Source: Octopus vulgaris (lineage: Eukaryota). Taken from it: a DNA stretch of 64,000 bases. The notes beneath the pieces were generated by a model. It was not told the DNA's origin. It ran no database searches and saw nothing but the letters and a program-made list of their open reading frames with translations. Positions 1 through 18,749 of the stretch are shown in pieces. The DNA lies in contig OX597840.1 in assembly GCA_951406725.2 (NCBI GenBank), positions 15,748,001 through 15,812,000 on the forward strand, in the 5' to 3' direction. The position numbers and the translations under genes were made by a program. Within the stretch, counting starts at the first letter, position 1; every line of letters begins with the position of its first letter.

Positions 1-2302
1 TTCTTGTATCTTTGTAAGTCAAAGAAAGATAGGAGTAATGATGGAATTTCAGTGAAGGAAGGACTAGGAATTTAGGTTAGTGTGGGACCTGGTGAGTGGG
101 GTGGATGGACATAAGAGTGACAAGAGGAGGAGGAGGGATGAGTGGAATGGAAATATCTGAATGGGTGGCGTGGGGGACATGAGCTCATTTGGTTCCTTCA
201 GATGTGCCTCACAGAGGGGATGACAAGGGTTTAAGACTTCTGGTGGCTTGCTCTGCTTGAAAAGACACATCAAGCTAAGTAAGCTCAGGGTTTCCCTTGC
301 ATACAGGCAGGTCCGTTGCAGCCCTCTTCCACTGAATGATCCTAATCTTGTGGGCTTGTGGGCTTGTGGGTGCTGGTTCCAGGTAAAAAGAACCCATACC
401 AGTGCCATGTGAAATTGCCCATGCTGAAGCTGCATAAATGCACCCAGTAAACTCTGTAAGGTGGTTGGTGCTAAGAAGGGCATCCAGCTGTAGAAACTCT
501 GCTAAAACTGACATGAAGCCCTGGCAGTTTTTTGGCTGACCAGCTCCTGTCAAACCATCCAACTCATGCCAGCATGGAAAATGGACACTAAATGATAATG
601 GTAATGATGATGAAGCAAAGTAGTGGTAGAAAATGTGAAGGAAGAACAGAGAACATAATGGTTATCAGGCAAGATTTTACAGCTGGATGTTTCTGCTGTC
701 ATCAAACCTCGTTCCTTTTTTTCAAGCACGAATTTTTTTTTTTGTTCCACGCAAGTCTTTGAAAGTAATTATACATATAATCTATACATAATTTTTTAAT
801 TTATTAAGAAAGAAAGATCTCAGCAGAATTTGAACTCAGTTTGTAGATATACAAAGGTGTAGCATGGCTATGTGGTTAAGAAGCTTGCTTTGCAACCACA
901 TGGTTCTGGGTTCAGTCCCACTGCACAGCACGTTGGGCAAGTGTCTTCTACTATAGCCCCAAGATGACACTTGCCTTGTGAAACTGTGGAGGACCTGTAT
1001 GTGTATACATGGATGTGTGTGTGTGTTTGTGAGTGTGTGTGCATGCATCTGAACATGTCCTACCATCACTTAATCAGTGTCACTTTGTTTATAACCCTAA
1101 CTTAGCAATTCAACAAAAGAGTCTGATAAAATAAGCACTGAATTTTAAAGAAATGAGTAATGGGGTGGTGGCAATTTGTTTTCCTATACCCTTCAAGGTA
1201 GTGCTCCAGCAAGGCCACAGTCCAATGACTGAGACAAGTAAAAGATAGGACATCCAACTATCTACCAGCAAGCATTTTGTCCGTCAAGTGTACCAATTCT
1301 TCCAGTCTGCCACCCTCAGTTTTGTTATAAGGAAAGGTCAAGTCGCAACACAAGCTACTTTGATGGTTGATGGAAAAATTAGGCATGGCTGTGTGGTAAG
1401 AATTCTGCTTCCCAACCACCTGGCATCTTGAGTAAGTGTCTTCTGCTATAGCCTCAGGCCAACTAAACTGAGTGGATTTGGTAGATGGAAACTGAAAGAA
1501 GCTCTCTGTATGTATATATGTATATGTCTATGTGTGTCTTTGTGTCTATATTTGACCCCCATCACCATTTGACAACCAGTGTTGGTTTGTTTACATCCCC
1601 TATAACTTAGCAATTCAGCAAAAGAGACCGATAGAATAAGTACTAGGCTTAAAAAAAGTCCTGGGGTCAATTTGTTCGACTAAACCTGTCAAGGCAGTGC
1701 TCCAGCATGGCCACAGTCAAATAACTGAAACAAGTAAAAGAATAAAAGAATTATATTTGGAAGATTACAAAAATAAGTTGTTACATAAAAATTATGATGG
1801 AAGTTTCTAATTTAGACAGGAATATTCTAAAACAGGAAATTTTCTATCACAGAACCAGGAAGCAGTCCAAAAAAGGAGAGGTAGGTCCAAAAAGAGATTA
1901 AAGATGACAGTCAATCTAATTATGGAAATTTGATTATTATTAAATTAAGACATAAGGCAGCAAGCTGGATAAGAAGCTTAGCAGTATTTTGCCTGTCGCT
2001 CCGTTCTGAGTTCAAATTCCGCTAGGTTCAATTTTGCCTTTCATCTTTTCAGGGTCGTTAAAAATAAGTGCCATTTGAAGACTGGGGTTGATATAACTGA
2101 CTCATCCCTTCCCCTCAAATTTCTGCCCTTCTGGCAAAATTTGAAACTATTTTTAATTTAAGATGCTAAACGGTTAAAGTAAAACATTTTCTGTAAACTG
2201 AAATTAATTATTTTTTCTAACACTATTTTAAGTTTGTCTTATTTTCCATTTTTTTTTTTTAATTAGGGTTTAATCCTTTACAATTCAAATTACTCTGTCA
2301 AG

Positions 2303-2676
2303 TGTTGTTGTGGCACTCTTTCGTTTACGACGATGAGTGTTCCACTTGATCCAATCAACAGAATGGCCTGCTCATGAAATGAATGTGCAAGTGGCTGAGC
2401 ACTCCACAAACATCTGTACTCTTAACATAGTTCTCAGGGGAGATTCAGTGTGACACAGATTGTGACAAGGCTAGCCCTTCGAAATACAGGTACAACAGAA
2501 ACAGGAAGAAAAACTCAGAGAAAGTTGTGGTGAAAGAGCACAGCAGGGTTCACCACAATCCTTGCCGGAGCCTCATGGAGCTTTAGGTGTTTTCACTCAA
2601 TAAACACTCACAATGCCCAGTCTGGGAATCGAAATCGCGATCCTACGACTGCGAGTCCACTGCCCTGACCACTGGC
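2303..2676 (-). mobile_element. tRNA-derived SINE, same head as 49771 but different 3' module
   Basis: Shared head and body up to cttcctgtttct, then an unrelated tail ending (caa)n. Confidence 0.8.
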
Positions 2677-4357
2677 ATACTGTAATGCATATTTATTCAC
2701 ATTTCTTTTAATTAATCAATCAATGATGATGTAAGTATTCATTTTCAGAATGGCATTGTAGGGTAAGTGTAAAAGGCTGAATCAAGTCAGCTTGAATATA
2801 AAACAAGTGGAATATTTGGGGTCTGATATTGCAGGTTTAATTGCTGAAAGATTAATCACAGGAAGAAAGATACCCTGACATTTAGCAAGATCAATGACAC
2901 TGGTTGGCAGGGGTGGGGATGGAGAGAAAAGGATTCATTGGTTGCTGTAGAAGGAATTAGTACAAAGGAAATTGTCCTCAAAACTGGAGGCCTAGTCTGA
3001 TGGCTTTTAAAAGAGGGGACACAAGGTATCCAAGGGCCAGATGGTAATGTTAAACATTGCAACAGATTAGACTTAACTCCAAAAATATTTTCTCAATATG
3101 AAGGTATTCTTTAAATTCTTCATATATATGTGTGTGTGCATAATATACACATATATATAGAGACACACATATACAATTGAAAACTACAACAGGAAGAAAT
3201 TAAAGAGATGGTGTATTTAGCCGTTGGTCAAGAATTCAGTTTTGTTGCAAGTCATTGCTATCTGAGTGTTTAAAAGGAATATACACCTAATTCCATATTG
3301 TCTTAGAATTCTAACTATCCCACATAATATGGAAGAGAAAGTTTGATGAGAATTAGCTGTAATTTGCATCTTACTCTGTGTGAGGATTTTTTTGTCTCAC
3401 ATATTTATAACTCCAAAAGCTGTAGTTTTAGTATGGCTGAAACTAAACTTCTAAGTTTTTACTTTAAACCAAAGTTTCTTTATTAAACTCCCCAACAAAT
3501 TACTGATATGTGTATGGACTGTGTATACATACATACTTGCATACATACATACATAGATACATACACACACACACACACATACATACACATGCATCAACAT
3601 CAATGTTTTACATATGCTTTCCATAGTTGCAGAAGTTGGACAGTTTGTTGTTGTGCTCTTAGATGAGTTAGAGGGCCATATCTCACATTTATATTTCACA
3701 TTGGCCTGGTTTCTATGGTTGGATGCCCTCGACATTTAAGGGCCTCACAGATCTGTTATCACTCTGCCTCATACAGCCTATCCCTCTAAGAATCACTGCA
3801 TTTGCCAGCCAACTGACATGGGCATGACAGGAACATATTTTTATGACACTAGCATTTGGGAGGCTGTCATGCATTTTACAAGCTTAAAGGGAAATCTCAA
3901 CCTCACGCTTAACACAATATATTGAGTGCATTTTATTCTGGAGCCCCAACACAGGGGAGGAAAAGGATCAGAGAGTGATGGATGGCAAGAAGTGATTAAA
4001 AGGCAAGAGTGGATCATGAGTTTCAACATCAAGCAGCCAGGGAGGGTGTACAGGTAGAGCCCCTTAAATGTCTTTGGGTGGGTGAAAATGTTTGGTCTTA
4101 CAGGTGAGCTAGAAATGATATATACCTGCATGTACTGTGTGACTCACTCCACTAATCTCTCTCTCTCTCCATCTGAATTATTCTAATTCATTCCATCAAA
4201 AGAAGGATGTCTTGAAACTAAGAAGTACCACTAAATTAAAGCATCTGCATGATAAATCAATAGCAGCCAAATCCCTCTCAAATCATACTCTTCTGCCTTT
4301 AACCCTTTCATTACCGTATTTATTTTGAGATGCTTTGTGTTCAATTAATTTAAATAT

Positions 4358-7820
<3,463 letters not shown>

Positions 7821-10448
7821 TTATATAACAAAGAATTTAGTAAAATAACTTAGTTGTCATTAAGCTAGTGTTAGGAACATGAATTGTGACAAAGGTTTGG
7901 TGGAAGATTTTAATTCAAAACTTATGAAAATAAGACATTTGTACTACAGAGCCTCGAGCCAGTTTGAGCCAGGTTGGTAACGAAAGGGTTAAAGAAAGAA
8001 AACAGTCATATAACAATCCAAACTATGTTGCCTGAAGGTAAGATGGATGGTCATAGTTGGAATGCTATTGATCAGAGGCCTACTTAATCTGCACTGACAT
8101 GAGGTTAAACAGTGACAACTACATCATATATGGTGAAGTTAAGAAATTTGCTTCACACCAATATGGGTTTGATTTCAATCCCACTGTGGAGTAAGAGCCT
8201 TCTGCTCTAGCCCTGGGACAGCCAATTGCTTGTGAATGAATTCGGAAGGCAAAGTCTGGTGAAAGCCCAGCATGTGAGTGTATGTTTGTGTGGCACCCAA
8301 GACACAAAATTTACCTCCCTATAACTTAGCAGCTCACCAAAAGGGATCAGTGGAATAAATATCAGACTTAGAAATAACTACTGGGTACAATTTTTTTTCA
8401 AATAAGCCTTTCAAGATAGTGCTGCATGGCTGCAGTTCAATGACTGACACAAAAAGGAATATTTCATTCTTCTTTTCTACTCTAGACACAAGGCCTGAAA
8501 TTCTTGGGGAAGTTGCCAGTCAATTAGATCGACCCCAGTATGCAACTGGTACTTAATTTATCAACCCCGAAAGGATGAAAGGCAAGGTCGACCTCAGTAG
8601 AATTTGAATTCAGAACTCAAAGATAAACAAAATGCCGCTAAGCATTTCACCTGACATGCTAACGTTTCTGCCAGTGCACCACCTTAGGAATATTTCATTA
8701 TTGTTTTGCATCTTGATTGATTCAGTTTTTAGTTTATGTAGATCAGCCCTGAGTATACCTACAGTAGAGAATATGGTTATTCAAGGAACTCAGAGATCAA
8801 GTAAGGTACCAGCTAAATACACCAGACTTCCACACAGCTTACCAAACTTCTTCATAGTTACTTTCTACTGTATTTTATTCCCAAGGCTTTAATTAACCCA
8901 ATGCTGTGATAAAAGACACTCCCCTAAAGGAGTGTACTATGTGCAGTTAAGCCCCAAAACCACATAGCCTGTCCAGTGTCTCAAAGTTTGATGTTAGTTA
9001 ATCTACAGAAATATTTGGCAAGCCTAAATCAGTCAAGGATCAGCAACTGTAATTGTAATGGAGGCACATGGCTTAGTGGTTAGGGTGTTGTAAGATTGTG
9101 GTTTCAATTCCTGGACCAGGCAATACCATGAGCTCTTGGGCAAGACACTTCATTTTACACTACTCCAGTTCACTCAGCTGGCTAAAATGAGTAATCTTAT
9201 AATGGACCAGTGTCTCCTCCAGGAAACCGATTCTATGAATCTACATGTCTTGGGAAAGAGCTTTATCTGTATCCAACTGTAGTTCTCCCCCAGAGTAAAC
9301 TCAGTTATATTGTTATAATGGACACTAGACATATGACAAGGTCAAGTTAGTCCAGTAATATTGACCAAAACAAATCAACATTCATTGTAAATGGTTTTGT
9401 TTTGTCTTTTTTTTTTTTTTGGTATCCAATGACAAATGTTCCTACAACAGGTCTAACAAATGACAATTGAAATGTCTCAGAGACTACTGGGTCTCCATTA
9501 TTTATGATTGGCCATACATCTGCACCTGGATATCTTATCAGTAATTCACTATTATCCTTGGATAAGAGATAATTAACTCGTTAGCATTCAGATTAGTCTA
9601 TCAAATGTAATACTTATTTATTCCCATTGTTTTGGATTTATCATGCATTATCTTGGAGCTTCAAAATTTCAGTAATTTAGAAAGACATTGTAGGGTAGGT
9701 GTGAGAGGTCAGATCTGGTTGGGTTGAACATAAAACCGGGAGAGTATTTGGACTGGACATGTCCAATTTAACCCTTTAGCATTCAGATTATTCCATCAAA
9801 TGTAATGGTAATTATTCACATTGTTTTCAGTTTATCATGCATTATCTCGTAGCATCTAAATTTCAATGATGTGATGGTTTACTTTTAGAATGACAGTGTA
9901 GGGTTAGTGCAAAAAGCCAGATCTAATGAAAAACAGATAAAATATTTGGGCTACCTGTTGTCTCAGACCATATAGCTGTTAAAAGGTATCAACAATAGAG
10001 ATTGGTATATTTCTCATCACTTTACTAACAAGATGCATATGTTATCAAAGGAATCTCCACGAAATAGCAGCCAAATCCCTCAGGCTTTGCATTCTATTGT
10101 ATTAAATAAAGAAGGATACAGTGAATGATGTAGCCCATGATGAACACAATCAGGAAAGGAAGATGAAATGGTCACAGCTTGGATGTTTTTGATAATATAT
10201 ACAACCAAAAAGGGTGGGTGAGAGAGAGAGCGGGAGAGAGAGAGAGAGTGTGTGTGTGAACGACAGAAATAAAGAGGTAGAGAGATCAATCCACCCCACC
10301 CACTTTAATTATTATATCACACACTCCCAACACCCAAGTGTGTGCGTATATGTATATGTGTGTGTACACACACACACACTATTATTTGTTCACCAGTCCA
10401 GTCATTGATCTGCAGCTTCAAATTTTAATCAATCACACTGACCTTAGT

Positions 10449-11690
10449 CATCATCATCAACATTTAACATCCGCTTTCCATGCTAGCATGGGTTGGACGA
10501 TTTGATTGAGGTCTGGTGAACCAAACTCCAATCTGATCTGGTAGAGTTTCTACAGCTGAATGCCCTTCCTAACACCAACCACTCCAAGAGTGTAGTGGGT
10601 TCTTTTATGTGCCACCGGCACAAGGGCCAGTTTGGTGGTACTGGCAATGGCCACGCCCAAATGGTGCTTTTTATGTGCCACCTGCACAGAAGCCAGTCCA
10701 GTGGCACTGGCGACAACCTAGCTCAAATGTTTCATGTGCCACTAGCACAAGTGCTAGTAAGGTGACGTGGTAACAATCACACTCGAATGGTGTGTTTAAC
10801 GTGCCATCGGCAGGGAGGCCGGCTTGTTGCTCTGGCAACGATCTCACTCGTATGATACTCTTAGCGCTCCACTAGCAACAGATGCCAGTCACCGAATTTG
10901 ATTTCGACTTCGATTTTCACTTGCCTCAACAGGTCTTCGCAAGCAGAGTTTAGTGTCCAATGAAGAAAGGCACACATAAGTGGACTGGTTACACCTCTAG
11001 CATAGGCCACAAGGTTATGGTCACACTTGCGCTTGCCGAGTCTTCTGCAGCACAGTATATATTTCCAGAGGTCCTGGTCACTAGTCATTGCCTCGGTGAG
11101 GCCCAATGTTTGAAGGTCATGCTTCACCACCTCATCTCAGGTCTTCCTGGGTCTACCTCTTCCACAGGTTCCCTCAACTGCTAGGGTGTAGCACTTTTTC
11201 ACACAGCTATCCACATCCATTCTCGCCACATGACTATACCAGCACAGTCATCTCTCCTGCACACCACATCTGATGCTTCTTAGGTCCAACCTTTCTCTCA
11301 GGGCACTAACACTCTGTTGAGTATGCACACTGACATTACACATCCATCGGAGCATGCTGGCTTCATTCCTTGTGAGCTTACGCATGTCCTCAGCAATCAC
11401 AGCCCATGTTTCACTGCCATGTAGCATGGCTGTTCGTACACATGCGTCGTACAGTCTACCTTTTACTCTGAGCAAGAGGCCCTTTGTCACCAGCAGAGGT
11501 AAGAGCTCTCTGAACTTAGCCCAGGCTATTCTTATTCTAGCAGCTACAGTTTCAGTGCCCCACTCTCGCTACTGACTTGGTCACCTAGGTAATGGAAGCT
11601 ATCAACTACTTCTAGTTTTTCTCCCTAGAATGTGGCGGAAGTTGTTCTCTGCACATTTTCAGTGTTATTTATAGCTCCTGAGCATCTGCC
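10449..11690 (-). mobile_element. 5'-truncated RTE-clade LINE (ORF C-terminus plus 3' UTR and (GAT)n tail)
   Basis: KGRLYDACVRTAMLHGSETW and RNEASMLRWMC motifs; tail ggatgttaaatg followed by (GAT)n. Confidence 0.9.
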
Positions 11691-12469
11691 ACAAATGAAA
11701 ACTATCCTCCCAGTTTTTAATTCTGGTACTTATTTTATCAGTTTCTATTTGTCGAACCACTAAGTGACAGGACACAAGCAAACAGTACCAACTGCTAAAA
11801 AGCATAAACACTGACCATAATACACACACATACACAAACACACATGCACACAGATGCACACACAGGTATTTGCTTGACTCCTTTGGATTATGCATACAAC
11901 TGATTAGACATGTGTACATTTGTGCATTTATGCATGTTTACATGTGCGGAGGGGGGATCATGCATGTGTGTATGTGCTTGTGTGTGTGTGCTTGTGTGTG
12001 TATGCTTGCATTCTGTATGGATAAGGGCTGAGCTATTAATGATGATGGTTGTTGACAATTCTCTGCCATGAAATCTCCACTAGCTCTCACCTTCAAAGAT
12101 GAATGGAAAGCAAAATCTCTGACAGAAAAAGCACATTTATGGTTAGCAACAGGAAGAGCATCCAACTGTAAAACAATACTTCAATGATATGTACTCCTCT
12201 AACCCATAATAGCATGATGAAAATGGAAGTAAATCAAATGAATGAATATCATCACCATTTTTACATCCACTTTCCATGTGGCATGAATTGGACAGTTAGA
12301 TAGGACCCAATGGGTCAAAGAACCACATCTTGATCCACCATCTCAGTTATGCACTAATTCAGCTAAGGAGGACAGGAAGAGATTATTAATATGTCAGGCA
12401 ATTTTTACTTCATCGAGATGGCTAGATAGTAAAGAAGTGAGAAGAAAGAATTGTAAAGCAAACACACAT

Positions 12470-12990
12470 ACACACACACATTCAGTTGTCACTCACAGGA
12501 AAACACACACATTCATTTAGACATCACTCACAGCAAAACACACATACACATTCATTCAGTTGTCACTCACAGGAAAATACAGACACATCATTTAGTCATC
12601 ACTCACAGGAATACACAGTCATTTAGTCATCATTCACAGGAATACAGTCATTTAGTCATCACTCATAGGAAAACACACACATACTCATTCAGTTGTTACC
12701 CACAGGAAAACACACACTCATTTAGTCATCACTCACAGAAAAATGCTCACACATACACGCACATACTCATTCAGTTGTCACCCACAGGAAAACACACACC
12801 CATTTGGTCGTCACTCACAGGAAAACACACACACACTCATTTAGTTGTCACTCATAGGAAAACACAAACACACTCATTTAGTCGTTACTCACAGGAAAAC
12901 ACACACATGCACACTCATTTATTCATCACTCACAGGAAAACACAGTCATTTAGTCATCACTCATGGGAAAACACACACACTTATTTACTG
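12470..12990. repeat. About 30-35-bp minisatellite (tcatttagtcatcactcacaggaaaacacac, about 15 units)
   Basis: Visible tandem units with variable CA tails. Confidence 0.9.
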
Positions 12991-13668
12991 GTTACTGCCA
13001 GTCAAGTATGAACTGGTGACATACACCATACCCTGACTCCTGTTTTGGGTGACCAATGTAGTACCTACTCACCCTCTCAACCCCTGATCCAAAAGTCTAA
13101 AGGAGAATGTGCTACACCTATCTAATTCAGATGTGGGCAAGTTTTTAAGCACAGCAGGCCATATGAGACATGACTCATCCTAAAAAATTCAAGGAAATTT
13201 TTCATTAGGCATGTCATTAATGAAGCTCGGTAGCTATGACTGACCTAACCCAAACATGGAAGGGAAAGTTTTTTAAGTTTAGTTTAGTTTGGCCATCCTC
13301 TTGGACACTTCAGTAAATTCACATGAGCACACCATCCCTCATGGTCCACCATACATGTTCTTAATTCATCAACGTTAACCAATCCTCTGTCCTGAAGCAA
13401 GTTGCCCCCATAGGTTTAGTGTTTTCTTCCCTGCTGATTTCTCTGTCAACTGAAGGAGTTATTTAACCCTTTTGATACCAACCCGCCTGAAACCACCTCT
13501 GGCTCTGAGTACAAATGTCATGTTTTCATAATATATGTGTATATAAATATATATGTGCATGTGTGTGTGTGTATATATATATATATAGTTAATCCAAACA
13601 TGAAAACACAAAGAGAAAACACAACACGAGGATGTGGAACAAATATAGTATTATTGGGCGCTCAGGAA

Positions 13669-13700
<32 letters not shown>

Positions 13701-13847
13701 TCGTTTTTATTTTGTAGTTATAATAGTGTTTATAGGGTGATTATGAGTGCCACTGCTTCACCGCAACCACAAACATTTTTAAAAAACATGTGTAAACACA
13801 TACAGCTATGTATATGTTACAAGGTCTGATGTAGAGCACATTCAGAC

Positions 13848-13886
<39 letters not shown>

Positions 13887-13989
13887 GATATATATATACA
13901 CACACATAAGTCGATTAAAAGTCCATAAGTCAGGAAAAAGATCCACTTGTATATCCGTCAATAGAGTGGGTGTATGTATTAACCACCAG

Positions 13990-14077
13990 TTACCTCTGAT
14001 GAGCATAGGGTTATATAATCGGATTGTCACCTAACATTTCGTTGTAACTCTAGTGTGAAACTGGTAAAATCAGCCAT
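13990..14077 (+). ncRNA. Degenerate hammerhead, homologue of the 57943 motif
   Basis: uuaccu-CUGAUGA, about 13-bp stem II, GAAA-cug-GUA; stem I eroded. Confidence 0.5.
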
Positions 14078-14106
14078 GGTGGATATATAATACTGTACAC
14101 TTCAGA

Positions 14107-14490
14107 TAATCATCATCATCATTGTTCGACCGTGGTCGAGACAATGGAATTTACTATGTTACACCAGACTTCACGGTCCATCATAGCATTACGGAGGTCC
14201 TGTTGCTGGATGCCTATATCCCTGGAGATTACATCAGGGTAGGAGAGTGTGCGCCCTCTGGTATTGCGAGTAGATGGCTTCCAGAGGAGACGAGTAGAAA
14301 TTACTTCTTTTTCAGCTCTACAACAATGTCCAGCAAACTGGACTCTCCTACCTTTCACAAGAGATGACACAGGTGGTAGTTTCCCATATATTTGCATTTT
14401 GGTTGGATGGCGCTTCCACGAGAGATTTTGAGCTCTCATAAGGAGGCGAGTGTAGGTTCCATCCAACCGCCTCTCAAGCTTCTTTGATAA
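14107..14490 (-). mobile_element. Short, young RTE-group LINE 3' fragment
   Basis: Open frame DGTYTRLLMRAQNLSWKRHPTK...RRVQFAGHC ending in (TGA)n. Confidence 0.88.
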
Positions 14491-14506
14491 TATATATATA
14501 TATATA

Positions 14507-15345
14507 TCCCACCCAACTCTCCTCTCTTGCCCTAACTCCTACTTCTCTTCACCCCTACTCATTTCCTCTTCTCTCTTACTCTCTTTCTTTCTTCTCTCCT
14601 ACTCTCTTTCTCTTCCCTCTTCTCTCTTACTCTCTTTCTCTCTTCTCTCTTACTCTCTTTCTTTCTCTCTTCTCTCCTCCTCTCTCTCCTCACATACCCA
14701 CCCTCCCCTCCCCCCATAAGCCCACCCACCCCTACACATTCCTACTCCACCTTCCCATCCCCCCTCTTATCCCACATACCCCACCTCTACCCCCACTCTC
14801 TGCCTACCCACAAACCCCAACTCTACCCCAATCCTCAGTCGAACCCACACCCCACCCGTGCTTTCCCCAATCTCACCTCCCCCACCTCCCAACAACATCA
14901 CACCACACCACACTACACCATACAACATTACACATCACATCACAACACACCATCCAAACACCCATCCCCACATTTTCACACCTACACATACATACACGCA
15001 CACTCCAGACCACCAGCCCTCTTTCACACGCACATACATACTCTCTTATATACGCACGCACCTTCGTGTTGGGGGGTCATCTTTACTTTGTTATCTCCCC
15101 TACTTTCCCTCTCATGTGTGACCCTTCTGTCCAAGTCAGCACCATGATAGATCATTAGCCACTACACACAAATTTTTTTCTCTCCTTGTTTCTCTCCTTG
15201 TTTTTTTTCTGTGTCCCTTTCTGTAGAAGAGCGTAGGCTCAAAATGTAAAAGACTTTTTCTATTCCTGAGCGTTATACTAATACATCTGTTTGTTTTGTA
15301 CACCACCTGTCTTTGTCTTTTGTTTTTTTCGTAAACTCTCCCTAT
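14507..15345 (+). mobile_element. Penelope-like element 3' tail/pLTR (same family as 62400)
   Basis: CT/CA-rich tract then agccactac...gaagagcgtaggctcaaaatgtaaaagac, homologous to 62400-62540. Confidence 0.7.
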
Positions 15346-15353
15346 ATATATAT

Positions 15354-15759
15354 AGGAGTGGCTGTGTGGTAAGTAGCTTGCTAACCAATCACATGGTTCC
15401 GGGTTCAGTCCCACTGCGTGGCATCTTGGGCAAGTGTCTTCTGCTATAGCCCCAGGCCGACCTATGCCTTGTGAGTGGATTTGGTAGACGGAAACTGAAA
15501 GAAGCCTGTCGTATATATGTATATATATATATGTGTGTGTGTGTATATGTTTGTGTGTCTGTGTTTGTCCCCCTAGCATTGCTTGACAACCGATGCTGGT
15601 GTGTTTACATCCCCGTAACTTAGCGGTTCGGCAAAAGAGACCGATAAAATAAGTACTGGGCTTACAAAGAATAAGTCCCGGGGTCGATTTGCTCGACTAA
15701 AGGCGGTGCTCCAGCATGGCCACAGTCAAATGACTGAAACAAGTAAAAGAGTAAAGAGT
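15354..15759 (+). mobile_element. CORE-type SINE copy
   Basis: Near-identical to 24521-24930. Confidence 0.9.
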
Positions 15760-16184
15760 ATATATATATATATATATATCCACATACAAATACACAAGAC
15801 AGCAAAAATATGTAATAAAAATATCATTAATAAAGTAATTATTCGTAATTCAGGTACAGGGCCAACAGTTTTTGAAAAATAGCTGTTAAGTTGATCAACT
15901 CAAATCCACCTCTTGATTGGTCATTAACTTTACTGACATCCTATCATCTGTCTCCAATAAAAGTACACGAGTTGAGAGTGAAACTACTGCCAGTGATAGT
16001 TTTAGTAAAAGATTTAATTAACAAAAGAAAATAAATGCAAAAAGGACAGGAATAAAATCAAAACCAAAAAAAAAAAGAAAAAAAGAACCAAAGTTTGTAA
16101 CTTCACTAATACAATCCCCAAAACTTGGCACCTTCTACAGTCAAGACTGTTTCTATTCAGAAATAACTTTAACATACATACTCT

Positions 16185-16202
16185 ACATTTGTATATATGT
16201 AT

Positions 16203-16253
<51 letters not shown>

Positions 16254-16537
16254 TATACATATACATATATATACATACATATATATATATACATATATAT
16301 ACATGTACATATATATACATGTACATATATATACATATACATATATATACATATACATATATATATATACATATACATATATATATGTATATATATATAT
16401 GTATATATATACATATACATATATATATATACATATACATACATATACATATATATGTGTTGTGTGTGTGTGTGAATGTGTGTGTTTATATATGTGTATA
16501 TGTGTGGGCATGTATATATATATATATATATTATATT
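16185..16537. repeat. Compound (TA)/(TACA)/(TG) microsatellite
   Basis: Seen directly. Confidence 0.97.
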
Positions 16538-17432
16538 GAAAGAAAAAGATTGTATTTGTTTATTGGCACTTTCCTCTCATTTATGATATAAGTTTTACAG
16601 AAAGTTTCTTGCCTTTTATACAAATTGGAAAGAGGATTTTTTTGTTGTTTTGTTTTATTTATATGTCTGTTTCTGTCCTCCTTTCTGTCTTCCTCTCTTT
16701 CTTTCTCTCCTCTTTGCTTTCCTTTTCCTTTTTCTAGACACACACATAGATAACAAATAAAAACATCCTCTTTCAGATTTGCATAAAAGGCAAAGAAATT
16801 TTCTGTAAAACGTATATCTGAGGAAGTATCCATGAATGATATGAAAGTGCTAATGAAGAATTATCTAAATGTCTGACTCTTTTTACCAAAATTCTATCTC
16901 TTTTTTCTTAACATATAAAATCTCTGTGTGTGCGTGAAGACATGGTGGAGTGGTTGGATGTTGCATTTATGATCACTAAATTGTGGGTTTGGTTCCCAGG
17001 CTGGGCAGCACATTGCATTCTTAAGTAAAGCACTTCATTCCATGTTAGCCCAGTCTACTCAGCTGTAAATGGTTAACCCTGTGACAGACTAGCCTTCTGA
17101 CCACTGGCAAAATGTTAGCCTGTTCACCTAATCAGCAGTGTAGTGTTATTCGGAAACTAAAGCAATAATACAAAGCGCATTGTGACCAGCAATGTATAAC
17201 ATCTGGTAATTTAGTCGATCACATGATCACACATAAGCACACAAGCCTAAACTGGATCACTTCTTTCAAGTACCAGTTTGGGAAAGTTTCATTAGGAAAC
17301 CCTCAAACATTCACTGCTATCCTAATAGGGTGGGGCACCATCTTGTTGGAAAATAACTTAGTTGCAAGTGATGTGACTGCAGTACAATAAATTCTTTCGT
17401 GAATTTTTTCAAATTGTAAACGTGTTTACATA

Positions 17433-17813
17433 GGCATGGCTGTGTGGTTACCAACCACATTGTTCCAGGTTCAGTCCCACTGCATGGCACCTTGGGCAAT
17501 TGTCTTCTACTATAGCCTCGGGCCAACCAAAGCCTTGTGAGTGGATTTGGTAGACGGAAACTGAAAGAAGTCTGTCATATATGTGTGTGGGTGTGTATGT
17601 GTGTGTGTGTGTGTTTGCCCCCTCCCCCCAACATTGCCTGACAACCGATGCTGGTGTGTTTACGTCTCCATAACTTAGCAGTTTGGCAAAAGTGACTAAT
17701 AGAATAAGTACTAAGCTTACAAAGAATAAGTCCTGGGGTCGATTTGCTTGACTAAAGGCAGTGCTCCAGCATGTCCAAATGACTGAAACAAGTAAAAGAA
17801 AAGAATAAGAGTG

Positions 17814-17866
<53 letters not shown>

Positions 17867-18090
17867 GAGTGTGTGTGTGTCTTTGTGTCTGTGTTTGTCC
17901 CCCACAACCACTTGACAAACAGTGTTGGTGTGTTTACATCCGTGTAACTTAGCAGTTTGGCAAAAGAGACTGATACAATAAATATTAGGCTTAAAAAAAA
18001 ATAAGTACTGGGGTCAATCCATTTGACTAAATATTCTTTAAGGCCCCAGCATGGCCACAGCCCAATAACTGAAACAAGTAAAAAGGTAAA
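17433..18090 (+). mobile_element. CORE-type SINE plus a second tandem 3' half
   Basis: Homology to the 24521 copy; 3' module repeated at 17870-18090. Confidence 0.85.
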
Positions 18091-18749
18091 TAGATTATTT
18101 GTGGACGCTACACACACACACACATCACATGTTTTAGATAATTAATTCCAAGCTTTCACAGGAAAGCAACACTAAATATTACAAGAACCCCACCACCACC
18201 ATATTACACCACTTCTAATTACAGGTAACAGAGACACCTTCCCACAGCACCAAAACACAACAAACGAGCTTTTGTGTCGTCACTTAACTTACTAAAAATA
18301 GCAACCAAAGCACACTCTGTGCTCTAATGTTGTACCAGATACTAAATATGAAAAAATGAGCTGTTCACAGCTAGTATGTTTTCCATCAAAATTATTCCAG
18401 CCATGACTATCCCACCTTTCTGTATATTTATGACTGTATTGTCTAATGTGTTTATCAGTTTTATAAGAGAGTAGAATGTGGTTTGAGGGGGATTTGGATG
18501 CTATTTCCATAAGGATGACTCACCATGTATAGGCTTCCTCATATATATGTGTCTGACAAGTATATATCTCATCAGTGCCAGAATTAGGAAAAACAGATAT
18601 GACACCTAGTGAGATTTGAACCTAGAATGTCAAAGGACAAAACTAAATACTGCAAACTATTTTAGCATAAGGATGAAGATGATTTCATAAAATACCAAAG
18701 GCTGCATATACAATAATGATTATAGTTATTATTATTATTGTTGTTTGTT

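Noticed and set aside
8733-8800. Possible + strand exon ending at gtaagg
   Set aside because: The frame needed to join exon 34932 contains a stop; the sequence resembles repeat-derived DNA.
12470-12990. CRISPR-like array
   Set aside because: Inter-repeat sequence is only variable CA runs, so this is a minisatellite.
14484-15158. 224-aa Pro/His/Leu-rich ORF
   Set aside because: Low-complexity CT/CA-rich tail of a Penelope-like element.
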